Assembly (NCBI GenBank): GCA_963749705.1
Contig: CAVVNQ010000003.1
Span: 192,001-256,000, forward strand
Source of the DNA: an uncultured Chloroflexia bacterium
GTDB taxonomy: Bacteria > Chloroflexota > Limnocylindria > Limnocylindrales > CSP1-4
Direction of reading: 5' to 3'
Length of the DNA: 64,000 bases
A model generated the notes under the pieces. That model ran no database searches and was not told the DNA's origin. It was given only the letters and a program-made list of their open reading frames with translations. A program made the translations under genes and the position numbers. Shown piece by piece: positions 43,802 to 57,124 of the stretch (position 1 is its first letter; each line of letters opens with the position of its first letter).

Positions 43802-44775
43802 TCAGGATCGGGGTGTGATGTGCCGCTCGGCCGGCGGCACGGCCACGCCGAGGTCGTCGAACCGGGCGACGGTGCTCGCGGCGCGCGATGTGGACGGGGC
43901 GCCCGGGCGCTTGCGCAGGCCGCCGACGGCAGCTCGCAGGGCCTGTGCCTCGTGTTGGGGCAGCTTTTCGAGCGAGTCCCTGATCACCCAGGCGCGGTGG
44001 CCATCGCTGGTGCGCGCCGCGAGCGTCGCCTCGCCGCTCAGGAACGCGATCGTGGCGCGCGCATCGACGATCGACAGCGAGCGCAGGGCCCACGACAGCG
44101 CCTTCTGGACGTCGGGTTCGGCATCGCCCATGAGGTCGCCGATGATCCCCAGACCACGGTGCGCGACCGCGGGTGTACGGCCGGCTGTGCGATCGACGTA
44201 CGGGATCGTGGCGATCGTGGAGCCGACCAGGCGGCGCTCCCAGCGCGACGGGCTGTACACGAGCTGCTCGAGCTCGGCCCAGCGGTACGGCTCGCCGAGG
44301 ATCCCGCGTCCGGCGACGTGGGCGAGCGAGTCGACCGTGATCCAGTCGCCGGCGCGGCGGGCTTCGGCGCGCACCAGCTGCCAGGCGCGCTCGGGATCGC
44401 GCGAGATCGAGCGATCCAGCAGCGGAAATGCGAGCCAGTGGAGCTCGAGCAGCGGCTCCCGCTGGAGCAGCTCGGCGATCTCGAGCAGGACCGCGGTCGA
44501 GTCGCGGCGGGTCGCCGCGCGGAGGCCGGTGGAGACGGCCGTCAGCAGCGGCTGGCGGACGCCGATGATCGGGCCGATCCCGGGGGCGACCCGGCGCTGG
44601 CCCGCGAGGTAGTCGTCATCCGCGAGGCTTGCCAGGCCCGTCCGGAGCTCCGCGACGAGCGCCGGAGGGTCCGGGGCGAGATCGCCGGCGCGCCGGCCAA
44701 GCGCGGTCGCCGCGGGCCGGCGCTCAGCTACGAGGGCGCGCGCTCGCTCCGTGGTGATGCTGACGGTGGCGATCG

Positions 44776-44779
<4 letters not shown>
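43802..44779 (-). CDS. AlkD-like DNA alkylation repair (HEAT-repeat) protein
   Basis: GVRQP, DWITVDSLA, RWERR and VQKALSWALR motifs. Confidence 0.75.
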
Positions 44780-48152
<3,373 letters not shown>

Positions 48153-48156
<4 letters not shown>

Positions 48157-48998
48157 GCGGGGGATCCAGCCAGGACGGAACCGCCCTGGCTCGCGAGCGG
48201 CGCCGGGCTCGCGGTGCTCCTTGCCCACGAGGCGCCGACGCGGCGCGCCCGAAGCTCGCGTGCCAACGATGCGTAGGCCTCGGCGCCCTTCGAGTCGGGT
48301 CGGTACAGCGCAATCGGCCGCCCGTGGCTCGGAGCCTCGGAAAGCCGCACGCTCCGGGGCACGATGGTGTCGAACACCGCTTCGTGGAGGTGGCGACGAA
48401 CCTCGGCAGCGACCTCGCCCGAAAGGTTGGTCCGGGAGTCGTACATCGTCAGGACGACGCCGGAGATCGCGAGGTCCGGGTTCAGGTGATCCCGCACGAG
48501 ATTGACCGTTGCGATGAGCTGCGACAGGCCTTCCAGGGCGTAGTACTCGCACTGGATGGGGATCAAAACGGCATCCGATCCGGTAAGCGCGTTGACCGTG
48601 AGCAACCCGAGCGAGGGCGGGCAATCGACGAGGATCCAGTCCCAGGCGTCGCGTTCCGCCTTGACGGCGCGGCCGAGCCGCCGTTCGCGGGCCTCGGCCG
48701 TCGCCAGCTCGACCTCGGCGCCTGCGAGCGCGATCGAGGACGGCACGAGGCGCAGGCCCTCGACGGCGGTTGCCACGTGGAGTGACGACAGGGGCGCCCC
48801 ATCGACCAGGGCGTCGTAGGTGGACCCGGCAACGGTCGATCGGTCGATACCGAACCCGCTTGTCGCGTTGCCCTGGGGATCGAGGTCAATGATGAGGACG
48901 CTGTCACCGAGGAGTGCCAGATAGGTTGCCAGATTGACCACCGTGGTGGTCTTCCCGACGCCGCCCTTCTGATTCGTGCAGGCGATCGTCTGGCCCAC
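48153..48998 (-). CDS. parA: Chromosome partitioning ATPase ParA/Soj
   Basis: NQKGGVGKTT, DLDPQGN, DCPPSLG and QCEYYALEG motifs. Confidence 0.96.
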
Positions 48999-49167
48999 TC
49001 AACCTCCCATCCCAGTCGTGTGCATCAAAGGAAATTCTAGCATCGCGCGCCTCGAAATCCCCACATCGGGCGTCCCGTGGCCGGATCGTGGACGATCGGC
49101 CTCAACGCGCGCTTATCCGCGCCTCTCCGCGGGGTTGATCGGCCGGCACCGCACGTCGGGACATGGT

Positions 49168-49183
49168 TGTTTCACGTGGAACA
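49168..49183. promoter_or_regulatory. parS site 1
   Basis: TGTTTCACGTGGAACA matches the parS consensus TGTTNCACGTGAAACA read on the minus strand. Confidence 0.88.
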
Positions 49184-49304
49184 TGTCGGCGCCGTGGGGG
49201 CATCACGCTTCGGGAGTTAGGGCGGACGGTGGCGAGCCATCGATCGCCACCACACACATCGGGCTACCCCGTTCAGGCCAGGCCCCAGGTGGTCGGGTGG
49301 TCCG

Positions 49305-49320
49305 TGTTTCACGTGAAACG
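49305..49320. promoter_or_regulatory. parS site 2
   Basis: TGTTTCACGTGAAACG contains the perfect 14-bp palindrome GTTTCACGTGAAAC. Confidence 0.88.
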
Positions 49321-49468
49321 CCAAACGCACGATCGATCGGCCGATCACCCGATTGCCCGATCCGGAGACCCGTGGGATACTGCCTCCGAGGTTGCTGTCA
49401 CCCCGTCGTCGCGGACGCCATCCGCCTGCGCCCGACCGTCGGCTCGTCAGCCGAGGATCGAAGGCACC

Positions 49469-49969
49469 ATGCAACAGACCATCGCCGCGGCGGTTGCCGT
49501 GGTGGCTGCGCTTGCGGAATTCACGGTTGTGCCGTATTTGAAGATCGGCGAGGCCGCACTCCACCCCGTCCTCGTCTTCGGCGTCGTCTGGGCGATCGCC
49601 GGCGGGTTCGAAGCCGGCCTTGCGTGGGCGTTCATCGGCGGGATCGCGCTCGACATCCTCGGCCAGCGACCGCTGGGCGCGTCGGCGTTCTCGCTCCTGG
49701 TTGCTATTGGGATCGCGTCAATCATCGGAGGCTCCATGGGCCGCATTCGCATTGCAGCCCCGATTGTCGCCGCCATCGTCGCCAGCGTCGTCTACTCGAT
49801 GCTGCTCCTGGCTTCGACCACTGCCCTCACGACCGCGCCGCTGACGGGTGCGTCGCTATCGGCTGTCGTCCCCTCAGCGTTGTACGACATGGTCCTCGCG
49901 GCACTCGTGGGGCCGCTGGTCATTGCCATCGTCGCGCGCCGCCACGAAACCGAGCGAGCTGACTGGTGA
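49469..49969 (+). CDS. mreD: Rod shape-determining protein MreD
   Basis: About 5 TM helices, GLAWAFIGGIALDIL...PLG; directly upstream of PBP2. Confidence 0.82.
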   Translation: MQQTIAAAVAVVAALAEFTVVPYLKIGEAALHPVLVFGVVWAIAGGFEAGLAWAFIGGIALDILGQRPLGASAFSLLVAIGIASIIGGSMGRIRIAAPIVAAIVASVVYSMLLLASTTALTTAPLTGASLSAVVPSALYDMVLAALVGPLVIAIVARRHETERADW

Positions 49970-51867
49970 TCGACGATTATCTCGGACCCCGACCGCAGCG
50001 CGACCGTCGTCCGCTTCGATTCCTGACGTTCGGCCTCCTGGCCGTCCTCATCTTCGGCCTGCTCACGACCCGCCTGGCGTACCTCCAGATCTCCAGCGGC
50101 ACGACCGCACCCGCGCAGGCGGTGACAAATCGGACGATCGAGGTCGCCGTCCCGGCGCCCCGCGGCCTGATCTACGACAGCCAGGGGCGGCTGCTGGTCA
50201 ACAACGTCGCGTCGTACTCGATCAAGATCACGCCAGCCGAGCTGCCGAACAGCGATCGGGAGGACGTGGCACACCAGCTCGCCGGCCTCCTCGGAATGGA
50301 CGCCTCCGACATCCTGGCAACGCTCGACTCGTCGCCGGGTTCGCGCTTCGACGCCGTTCGGGTGGCTCAGGACGTGCCTGAGGCGACCGCCCACCTCGTC
50401 TCCGAATCCTCGGACCAGCTGCCCGGCGTCGAGGTCGTGGTCGAGACGCGTCGGGAGTATCTCGACGGTCCGCTCATGGCCCAGATCCTCGGGTATACGG
50501 GGGCGATCGACGGCGCCTCGCTCGCAAGGCTCGGTCCGGAGGGGTACCAGCCGGACGACCTCATCGGCAAGGCTGGCCTGGAGGCGACCTTCGAATTGAC
50601 CCTTCGCGGCACATACGGGATCAATCTCGTCGCCCGCGACGCCACGGGTCGGCAGACGCAGGTGCTCCAGACCGTGCAGGATCCCGTGCCCGGCGCGTCC
50701 CTGACGCTCACGATCGACACGACCGTTCAGGCGGATGCCGAAAAGGCCCTCAAGTGGGGCATGAAGGTGGCCGGGTTGCAGCGGGGCGTGTTCATCGCCC
50801 TCAACCCGCAGACCGGCGAGGTGCTGGCCCTGGTCAGCCTTCCGACGTACGACGACAACCTGTTCGCGAAGGGCATCTCGACGCAGGAGCTCCAATCGCT
50901 CATCAACAACGTCAACAAGCCGCTCACGAACCATGCCGTCCAGGCCCACTATCCGCCCGGATCGACATTCAAGCTCGTCACCGGCACCGGAGGTCTGCAG
51001 GACGGGAAGATCACGCCGACGTCCAGGATCCGGACCCGGGGGTACCTGACCCTCGGGTCGACGCGCTTCTATGACTGGAACCACCGCGGGTTCGGCCTTT
51101 GCAACATCAACTGCGGCTTCGGGCACTCGTCGGACACGTTCTTCTACCAGGTGGCCGGGATGCTCGGCGCGGACCGCCTCGCATACTGGGCCCGGGAGTT
51201 CGGCTTTGGCACCCCGACCGGCATCGATCTGCCCGGTGAGGTGGCGGGGATCATCCCGTCGAACCAGTGGAAGATGAGCGCCCTCGGGCAGCCGATGTTC
51301 CAGGGCGAGGTCTACCAGGCGGGGATCGGCCAGGGCTATGACGTCGTCACCCCGATCCAGCTCGTCAACGCGTACGCAGCGCTCGCGAACGGCGGCAAGC
51401 TCTACCGACCGCAGCTGGTGAAGGAGGTCGTGGGCGTCGACGGCTCGGTGATCAAGGCCTTCCAGCCGGACCTGATCCACAAGCTGGACGTGTCGCAGGC
51501 GACGCTCAAGACCATGCGTCTGGCCGCGCGATCGGTGGTCACCCTCCGGCACACGTACAACCTCGTCGACATGCCCATCGCGGTGGCCGGCAAGTCGGGA
51601 ACGGCGGAGTTCGGGACGCGCGACAAGAAGGGACGCCTGCCTTATCACTCCTGGTTCGTCGGGTTCGTGCCCAAGAACCCGTACAAGGCCGACTTCTCCA
51701 AGCCGGACTCCGAGCTCGTGTTCCTGGCGTTCGCCTACGACTCGCGAACCAAGGGCAACGCGGCGACCGAGATCGCGAAGGCATTCCTGCAGTACCACTT
51801 CCAGATCAAGCACAACTACCTCCTGCCGAACCTCCTGCGGCGCGACAACTTCTACGGCAGCAACTGA
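49966..51867 (+). CDS. mrdA: Penicillin-binding protein 2 (class B)
   Basis: APRGLIYD, GKAGLE, PPGSTFK (SxxK), SSDTFFY and KSGTAE motifs. Confidence 0.93.
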   Translation: MIDDYLGPRPQRDRRPLRFLTFGLLAVLIFGLLTTRLAYLQISSGTTAPAQAVTNRTIEVAVPAPRGLIYDSQGRLLVNNVASYSIKITPAELPNSDREDVAHQLAGLLGMDASDILATLDSSPGSRFDAVRVAQDVPEATAHLVSESSDQLPGVEVVVETRREYLDGPLMAQILGYTGAIDGASLARLGPEGYQPDDLIGKAGLEATFELTLRGTYGINLVARDATGRQTQVLQTVQDPVPGASLTLTIDTTVQADAEKALKWGMKVAGLQRGVFIALNPQTGEVLALVSLPTYDDNLFAKGISTQELQSLINNVNKPLTNHAVQAHYPPGSTFKLVTGTGGLQDGKITPTSRIRTRGYLTLGSTRFYDWNHRGFGLCNINCGFGHSSDTFFYQVAGMLGADRLAYWAREFGFGTPTGIDLPGEVAGIIPSNQWKMSALGQPMFQGEVYQAGIGQGYDVVTPIQLVNAYAALANGGKLYRPQLVKEVVGVDGSVIKAFQPDLIHKLDVSQATLKTMRLAARSVVTLRHTYNLVDMPIAVAGKSGTAEFGTRDKKGRLPYHSWFVGFVPKNPYKADFSKPDSELVFLAFAYDSRTKGNAATEIAKAFLQYHFQIKHNYLLPNLLRRDNFYGSN

Positions 51868-51877
51868 GGATGTCGCG

Positions 51878-53038
51878 ATGCGCGTGATGCGGGCGGAGCC
51901 CAGCCGCTTTGCCGATATGACCGCCCGGTCGGTCGGTGCGGCGTGGCGCGCCTACGATCTCCAGCTCACGACGTATGCGGCGCTGCTCGGCGCTGTCGGC
52001 CTGGTCATGGCCTACACCAACAGCGTGGAGTCCGGAAAGTCGGTCCTCGACAGCGGGAGCGTGTTCCCCAGGGCGCTCATGTGGTCGGGTCTGGCCATGG
52101 TCGTGTTCGTGGTCGCGACGCTGTTCGACTACCGCTGGCTCAAGACGCTCAGGTGGCCGATCTACGGCGCCAACGTGGGCCTGCTGGTGGTGACCTGGCT
52201 CGTCGGCGACGGCGTGGGTGGCTCTGCTCGTTGGGTCTCGGTGGGACCGCTGCAGTTCCAGTTCTCGGAGCTCGCCAAGATCCTGATGATCGCCGTGCTC
52301 GCCGGGTACCTCGGTGCCCGCGAGAGCCGCCTGGACTCGCTGGCGTCGATCGTCGGCGCCGGGCTGCTGATGGGCCCGCCCGTGATCCTGGTCATGGTCC
52401 AGCCCGATCTCGGCACCTCGCTGGTGCTCGCGGCGATCCTGGCCGGGATGCTGTTCATGTCCGGCGCCAGCCTCAAGTGGCTGCTCGTCATCGCAGCCGG
52501 AGTGATCGCCGCGGTCCCCATCGCCTGGACCTACGTGCTCCGCGACTACCAGCAGAACCGCATCCTGTCATTCATCAATCCGACCACCGACGCCCAGGGA
52601 GCGAACTTTCAGGTCGCACAGTCGCAGATCGCGGTCAGCTCCGGCGGCCTGTTCGGCACCGGCCTGACCAACGGAACGCAGCTCCGAGGCCAGTTCCTGC
52701 CCGTCCAGGAGAGCGACTTCGTGTTCGCGGTCCTGGCCCAGGAGCTGGGGTTCATCGGCGCGATCGTCGTCTTCCTCCTGTTCGCGGCGTTGATCTGGCG
52801 GGTCCTGGCCAGCGCCTGGAAGTCGCGTGACCCGTTCGGGACGCTGTTCGGGGCGGGCCTGGCCACGATGATCCTGTTCCAGGTGTTCGTGAACGTCGGG
52901 ATGGTGATCGGCATCCTGCCCGTGACGGGCATCCCGCTGCCGTTCATCACCCACGGCGGGGCCTCCCTGGTCAGCATCGCGATCGGGCTGGGCATCATGC
53001 AGAGCGTCAACATCCGGCAGCACCGCGCCGAGTGGTGA
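51878..53038 (+). CDS. rodA: SEDS peptidoglycan glycosyltransferase RodA
   Basis: RW..G...QFSELAK, QPDLGT, ESDFVF and PVTGIPLPFITHGG motifs. Confidence 0.93.
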   Translation: MRVMRAEPSRFADMTARSVGAAWRAYDLQLTTYAALLGAVGLVMAYTNSVESGKSVLDSGSVFPRALMWSGLAMVVFVVATLFDYRWLKTLRWPIYGANVGLLVVTWLVGDGVGGSARWVSVGPLQFQFSELAKILMIAVLAGYLGARESRLDSLASIVGAGLLMGPPVILVMVQPDLGTSLVLAAILAGMLFMSGASLKWLLVIAAGVIAAVPIAWTYVLRDYQQNRILSFINPTTDAQGANFQVAQSQIAVSSGGLFGTGLTNGTQLRGQFLPVQESDFVFAVLAQELGFIGAIVVFLLFAALIWRVLASAWKSRDPFGTLFGAGLATMILFQVFVNVGMVIGILPVTGIPLPFITHGGASLVSIAIGLGIMQSVNIRQHRAEW

Positions 53039-53125
53039 ACGGGCGGGGTGGCGCGCCCCCTACACTTGACCGGTGATCACCCCGGTACCCGAACGACCGC
53101 AGACATCGCGATGACCGATCCACTC

Positions 53126-53172
53126 GTGGCGTTGCCGGCAGCAGGTCGGCGGCGAACAGCCAGGGCAGCCAC
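53126..53172 (+). promoter_or_regulatory. Candidate cation (Na+)-sensing riboswitch-like three-way junction
   Basis: P1 GTGGC/GCCAC, P2 GTTG/CAGC, junction AGGTC, P3 GGC/GCC, junction AGGGCA. Ends 2 nt before the SD of a cation-transport operon. Confidence 0.45.
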
Positions 53173-53184
53173 CCGGAGGGACCG

Positions 53185-53733
53185 ATGAGCGATCGTGTTC
53201 GGCTCGCGCGGCGGACGCCCGTCGCGGCGTGCCAGGACCTGCTCAACATCGAGCCGCTGCTCGTCCCCCCGGAGGCCGACCTCCTGGAGGCGATGCGGGA
53301 GTCGGCCCGCCAACCGTCGACTCGGCTCATCGGCATCGCCGAGCCGGGTGGGCGGGTGCTCGGGATCCTCCCGGTTGGCGTGCTCGCCGAGGCGGTGGTC
53401 GCCCACGCGGTGCCGGAGGCGTTCTTCGCCGACCTGCCGGGCGTCGACAAGGTCGGCGACTTCGGGCACGCGATGGAAGCACGCACCGTGTCCGAGATCA
53501 TGCTTCCCGCCGTGACGATCGGCCCCTCGGCGACGATCACCGAGGCATTCCGGCTGATGCACCAGCACCAGCTCTCCGGGCTCTACGTTGTCGACGAGGC
53601 AGGGCGCTGTACCGGCTACCTCGATCTCCAGGAGCTGGCGATGCGGTACGTCGAGGCGCTCGACGACCCGCTCGACATCCTGGGGCCGAGGAGCGCGAGC
53701 GCCGGGGAGTCCACACCGACACCGGAGCGCTGA
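53185..53733 (+). CDS. CBS-domain protein
   Basis: CBS pair (TVSEIM...TITEAFRLM...LYVVDEAGRCTGYL); SD GGAGG. Confidence 0.8.
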   Translation: MSDRVRLARRTPVAACQDLLNIEPLLVPPEADLLEAMRESARQPSTRLIGIAEPGGRVLGILPVGVLAEAVVAHAVPEAFFADLPGVDKVGDFGHAMEARTVSEIMLPAVTIGPSATITEAFRLMHQHQLSGLYVVDEAGRCTGYLDLQELAMRYVEALDDPLDILGPRSASAGESTPTPER

Positions 53734-54998
53734 TGGACGTCTGGATCGCGGCGATCCTGTTCGTCGTCACGTATGCCGCGATCGCGACGGATCGCCTCGA
53801 CAAGACCGTCGCTGCGCTGCTGGGCGGCCTGCTGATGGTGGCCCTGGGCGTGGTCAGCCAGGAGCAGGCATTCGCCGCGATCGACCTCAACGTGATCTTC
53901 CTGCTCGCGGGCATGATGGCCCTCGCCAACGTCCTCGGCCGGACCGGGTTCTTCGCCCTCGTGGGCATCAAGGCGACGAAGCTCGCGGGCGGCCGCCCGT
54001 ACGTGCTGATGGCCATCCTGGCCCTGATCACCGCGGTCCTGTCCGCGTTCCTCGACAACGTGACCACGGTCGTGCTCCTGGCGCCGGTCACGCTCTATGT
54101 CGCGTCGGTGCTCCAGGTGTCGCCGATCCCGTTCCTGATCACGCTCATCTTCTCGTCCAACGTGGGCGGGACGGCGACCCTCATCGGCGATCCGCCGAAC
54201 ATCCTGATCGGCTCGGCGGGAGGGCTCGACTTCGGCTCGTTCCTGCTCAACCTGACGCCGATCGTGATCATCGTGTTCGCCGCCCTGCTGGTGGTCATGC
54301 GGGTCCTGTTCCGCGGCGATCTCGCGGTCAACGAGCGGGTGCGCGAAGCCGTGATGAGCCTGGACGAGTCGGAGGTCATCACCGACGGCCGGACGATGCG
54401 GGTGGCGCTGGTCGTCATCACCGGGACGATGCTCGGGTTCCTCGTGCACAGCGCGCTGGGGCTCGAGGCGGCGACGATCGCGCTGCTGGGCGCGACCGTG
54501 CTCCTGCTGGTCGGGCGGATCGAGCCGGGTCCCGTCCTGCGCGAGATCGAATGGCCGACGCTGTTCTTCTTCGTCGGCCTGTTCATGCTCGTCTCGGGCG
54601 TCGTCCAGGTGGGGATCATCGACGGGGCTGCCCGCACCATGCTCGAGGTGACCAGGGGAGATCCGACGGTCACCGTGATCAGCCTGCTGTGGCTCAGCGG
54701 GTTCGCCTCGGGGGTCGTGGACAACATCCCGTATACGGCGACGATGCTGCCGCTCGTGCAGAACATCGGCCAGCACGGGATCCCGCTGGAGCCAAGCTGG
54801 TGGGCCCTTGCGCTGGGCGCCGACTTCGGCGGCAACGCGACGCTGGTGGGGGCGTCGGCCAACGTCGTCGTGGCCAGCCTCGCCGCACGCGCCGGCCATC
54901 CGATCCGGTTCGCGACCTTCCTGCGCTACGGCGTCACCGTGACCCTGATGTCGCTGCTGCTGGCCACGGGGTACCTGTGGCTGCGCTACCTCCGTTGA
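53733..54998 (+). CDS. ArsB/NhaD (IT superfamily) permease
   Basis: SAFLDNVTT, SNVGGTATLIGDPPNI, VDNIP and GGNATLVGASANVV motifs. Confidence 0.9.
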   Translation: MDVWIAAILFVVTYAAIATDRLDKTVAALLGGLLMVALGVVSQEQAFAAIDLNVIFLLAGMMALANVLGRTGFFALVGIKATKLAGGRPYVLMAILALITAVLSAFLDNVTTVVLLAPVTLYVASVLQVSPIPFLITLIFSSNVGGTATLIGDPPNILIGSAGGLDFGSFLLNLTPIVIIVFAALLVVMRVLFRGDLAVNERVREAVMSLDESEVITDGRTMRVALVVITGTMLGFLVHSALGLEAATIALLGATVLLLVGRIEPGPVLREIEWPTLFFFVGLFMLVSGVVQVGIIDGAARTMLEVTRGDPTVTVISLLWLSGFASGVVDNIPYTATMLPLVQNIGQHGIPLEPSWWALALGADFGGNATLVGASANVVVASLAARAGHPIRFATFLRYGVTVTLMSLLLATGYLWLRYLR

Positions 54999-56332
54999 TG
55001 CTTCATCGACGTCGCAACCGATTCCATGCCCTGCCGCTGGCCCTCCTGGCCGGCGCCCTGATCGCCGGCGCGTTCGCGCTGCCCGTCGCGGCGACCTCCG
55101 TCGCCCGGTCCGGGCCTGCGCCGATCCTGTCCGTCGGCGGGAGCGAAGACACCCAGGGGATCCTGCTTGGCCTGTTCATCCTGCTCGCCGGCGCGAAGCT
55201 GGGCGAGGAGGTGCTGCGCCGCCTCGGACAGCCCGGGGTCGTGGGGGAGCTGCTCGGCGGCCTGATCGTCGGGCCGTTCGGGCTGGGGCTTGTCACACCC
55301 GGGGATACGGCGACCGCGTTCGCCGAGCTCGGGGTCGTCGTGCTCCTGTTCTCAGTCGGGCTCGAGGTTCGCACGGACGACCTGTTCAAGGTCGGCCGGC
55401 CGGCGGTGATGACCGCGCTGATCGCGATGGTGCTCCCGATCCTGGCCGGCTTCGCACTGGCGGCGGCGCTCGGCTCACCTCCGAGTGCTGCGCTGTTCGT
55501 GGGTCTCGCGCTCGCAGCGACGAGCATCGGGATCACCAGCCGAGTGCTCAAGGACCTCGGCGTCCTCGACCGCACCTTCGCGCGCATCGTCATCGGGGCG
55601 GCGCTCGTCGACGACATCCTCGCGCTGATCCTCATCGGGCTGGGAGTCGGCCTCGCCGAGGGCAATCTCTCGGTCGATGCGCTCGTCGTGGGCGTTGCCG
55701 GGATCGGGCTGGTGCTGCTCGGCTTCCTCGCGGCCCGGCGCGCCCGCGGATTGCCGGCCTCGGTGTTCACCTGGCCGCACTTCGCTGACACGCCGCTTGT
55801 GCCCGCGTTCCTGATGATGCTGGTCGCGGCGCTGCTCGCGACGGCGATCGGGCTGGCCGCGATCATCGGCGCGTTCGTGGCCGGGTTGATCGTTGCCGAG
55901 ACGGAGGCGCAGGAGGAGGTCGAACGGGACATCAAGCCGCTCGCCGCCGTGTTCACGCCGTTCTTCTTCGCGGTGACCGGCGCCCAGCTGGACCTGTCGG
56001 TCCTCCAGGATCCCGCGATCGCGGCGCTCGCGCTGGCACTGGCGTTGATCGGCGTCCTGACCAAGGCGCTGGGCGGCGTCATCGGGGCTCGTTCGATCGG
56101 TCGCTGGGGCTCGATCGCGGTCGGGTTCGGCATGGTTCCCCGGGGCGAGGTGGGCATCGTCGTCGCCAACCTGGCCCTGCTGACCGGCGTGGTGGATGCG
56201 TCGCTGTTCGCTGCGATCCTGGTCGCGGTCGTGCTCACGACCGTGGTCGCGCCATACCTGCTCGCGTATGCCGTGCCACGCGCCGAGGCGGAGGCGCTCG
56301 ACGCGATGGGTCCTGCGACCCCCGGGCCCTGA
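54998..56332 (+). CDS. CPA2 cation:proton antiporter (NapA/KefB-like)
   Basis: QPGVVGELLGG, LLFSVGLE, ATSIGIT, AALVDD and GMVPRGEV motifs; TGATG coupling. Confidence 0.88.
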   Translation: MLHRRRNRFHALPLALLAGALIAGAFALPVAATSVARSGPAPILSVGGSEDTQGILLGLFILLAGAKLGEEVLRRLGQPGVVGELLGGLIVGPFGLGLVTPGDTATAFAELGVVVLLFSVGLEVRTDDLFKVGRPAVMTALIAMVLPILAGFALAAALGSPPSAALFVGLALAATSIGITSRVLKDLGVLDRTFARIVIGAALVDDILALILIGLGVGLAEGNLSVDALVVGVAGIGLVLLGFLAARRARGLPASVFTWPHFADTPLVPAFLMMLVAALLATAIGLAAIIGAFVAGLIVAETEAQEEVERDIKPLAAVFTPFFFAVTGAQLDLSVLQDPAIAALALALALIGVLTKALGGVIGARSIGRWGSIAVGFGMVPRGEVGIVVANLALLTGVVDASLFAAILVAVVLTTVVAPYLLAYAVPRAEAEALDAMGPATPGP

Positions 56333-56335
56333 GCC

Positions 56336-57124
56336 TCAGCGGCGCCGGAACAGGCCTCGCTTGCCGGTCCGTTCGGCCGGCGCGCTCCGTCGCCGTCCCG
56401 CCGCGCGCAGCAGCGCGTCAAGCTCGTGCTGGTACATCCGTCCGATCGGGACGCGGTCGAGCCACTCGAGGTACTCGAGGTCCCGGCGTGCCACCTCTCC
56501 CAGCGACCAGCCCGCGTAGCGACCGAAGTTGAGCACGCTCCCCGACGGGTTGCCCGGCGGAGGACCGGCGGCACCCTCGCCCTGCGCGTTGCCCATGGTC
56601 GCCGGGTCGTACCCGCTCCCGGTGGTCGACCTGCCGCTGGTCCAGTCCCTGGACACCGTGTCGTGGGCCGGGGCGTCGGCCTCACCCTCGGACGGATCGC
56701 GCATGCCCGCGAACGGCCACGGCCGGGCGGGTTCCGACGATGAGCCCTGTTGCCGGGACGGTGGTGGCTGCGGATTGGTGCGTGGGGCGGCAGCCTCCGA
56801 GCGGGCGGTGGCGCCGGGCTGGCGCGCCGAGGCGCCGCCTGCGGTGTCCGCCCGAGAGCCGGCGTTCGCTCGGGTATCGGCGCTGGCGGCCCTGGCCGCA
56901 GCCCCCGCGCTGCGGATGCGCGCGCGATCCACCGCGGCCCTGCTGGTCGGATCCCGGAGCAGCTCCCACGCTCCATTGATCTGCACCATCCGCGCCTGTG
57001 CATCCGGGCCGGGTGCAACGTCCGGGTGGTACTTGCGCGCAAGCCTGCGATAGGCGGCCTCGATCACCTCCGGCTCGGCCTCGGGATCCACCTGGAGGGT
57101 CTTGTACGGGTCCGGGACGCTCAT
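56336..57124 (-). CDS. J-domain protein with a low-complexity linker and a C-terminal FG(K/R)Y mini-domain
   Basis: DPYKTLQV..AYRRLARKYHPD; C-terminus LNFGRYAGWSLGEVARRDLEYLEWL. Confidence 0.82.
   Translation of the reverse strand: MSVPDPYKTLQVDPEAEPEVIEAAYRRLARKYHPDVAPGPDAQARMVQINGAWELLRDPTSRAAVDRARIRSAGAAARAASADTRANAGSRADTAGGASARQPGATARSEAAAPRTNPQPPPSRQQGSSSEPARPWPFAGMRDPSEGEADAPAHDTVSRDWTSGRSTTGSGYDPATMGNAQGEGAAGPPPGNPSGSVLNFGRYAGWSLGEVARRDLEYLEWLDRVPIGRMYQHELDALLRAAGRRRSAPAERTGKRGLFRRR

Noticed and set aside
43791-44093. 100-aa and similar short overlapping ORFs
   Set aside because: Out of frame inside better-supported CDSs, with Arg/Pro/Gly-rich off-frame composition.
41208-44612. 1134-aa plus-strand ORF and other long antisense or alternate-frame ORFs (e.g. 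879..3296, 22430..24445, 49792..51813)
   Set aside because: Shadows of real genes caused by high GC3; no recognisable motifs.
49050-49125. Possible oriC or DnaA boxes (ttatccgcg, atccccaca)
   Set aside because: Two or more mismatches to TTATCCACA, no cluster, no AT-rich unwinding element and no dnaA.
53060-53184. c-di-AMP (ydaO) riboswitch before the CBS/antiporter operon
   Set aside because: Too short and lacks the conserved GCUGAAUCC and GUCAGCUAAC elements.
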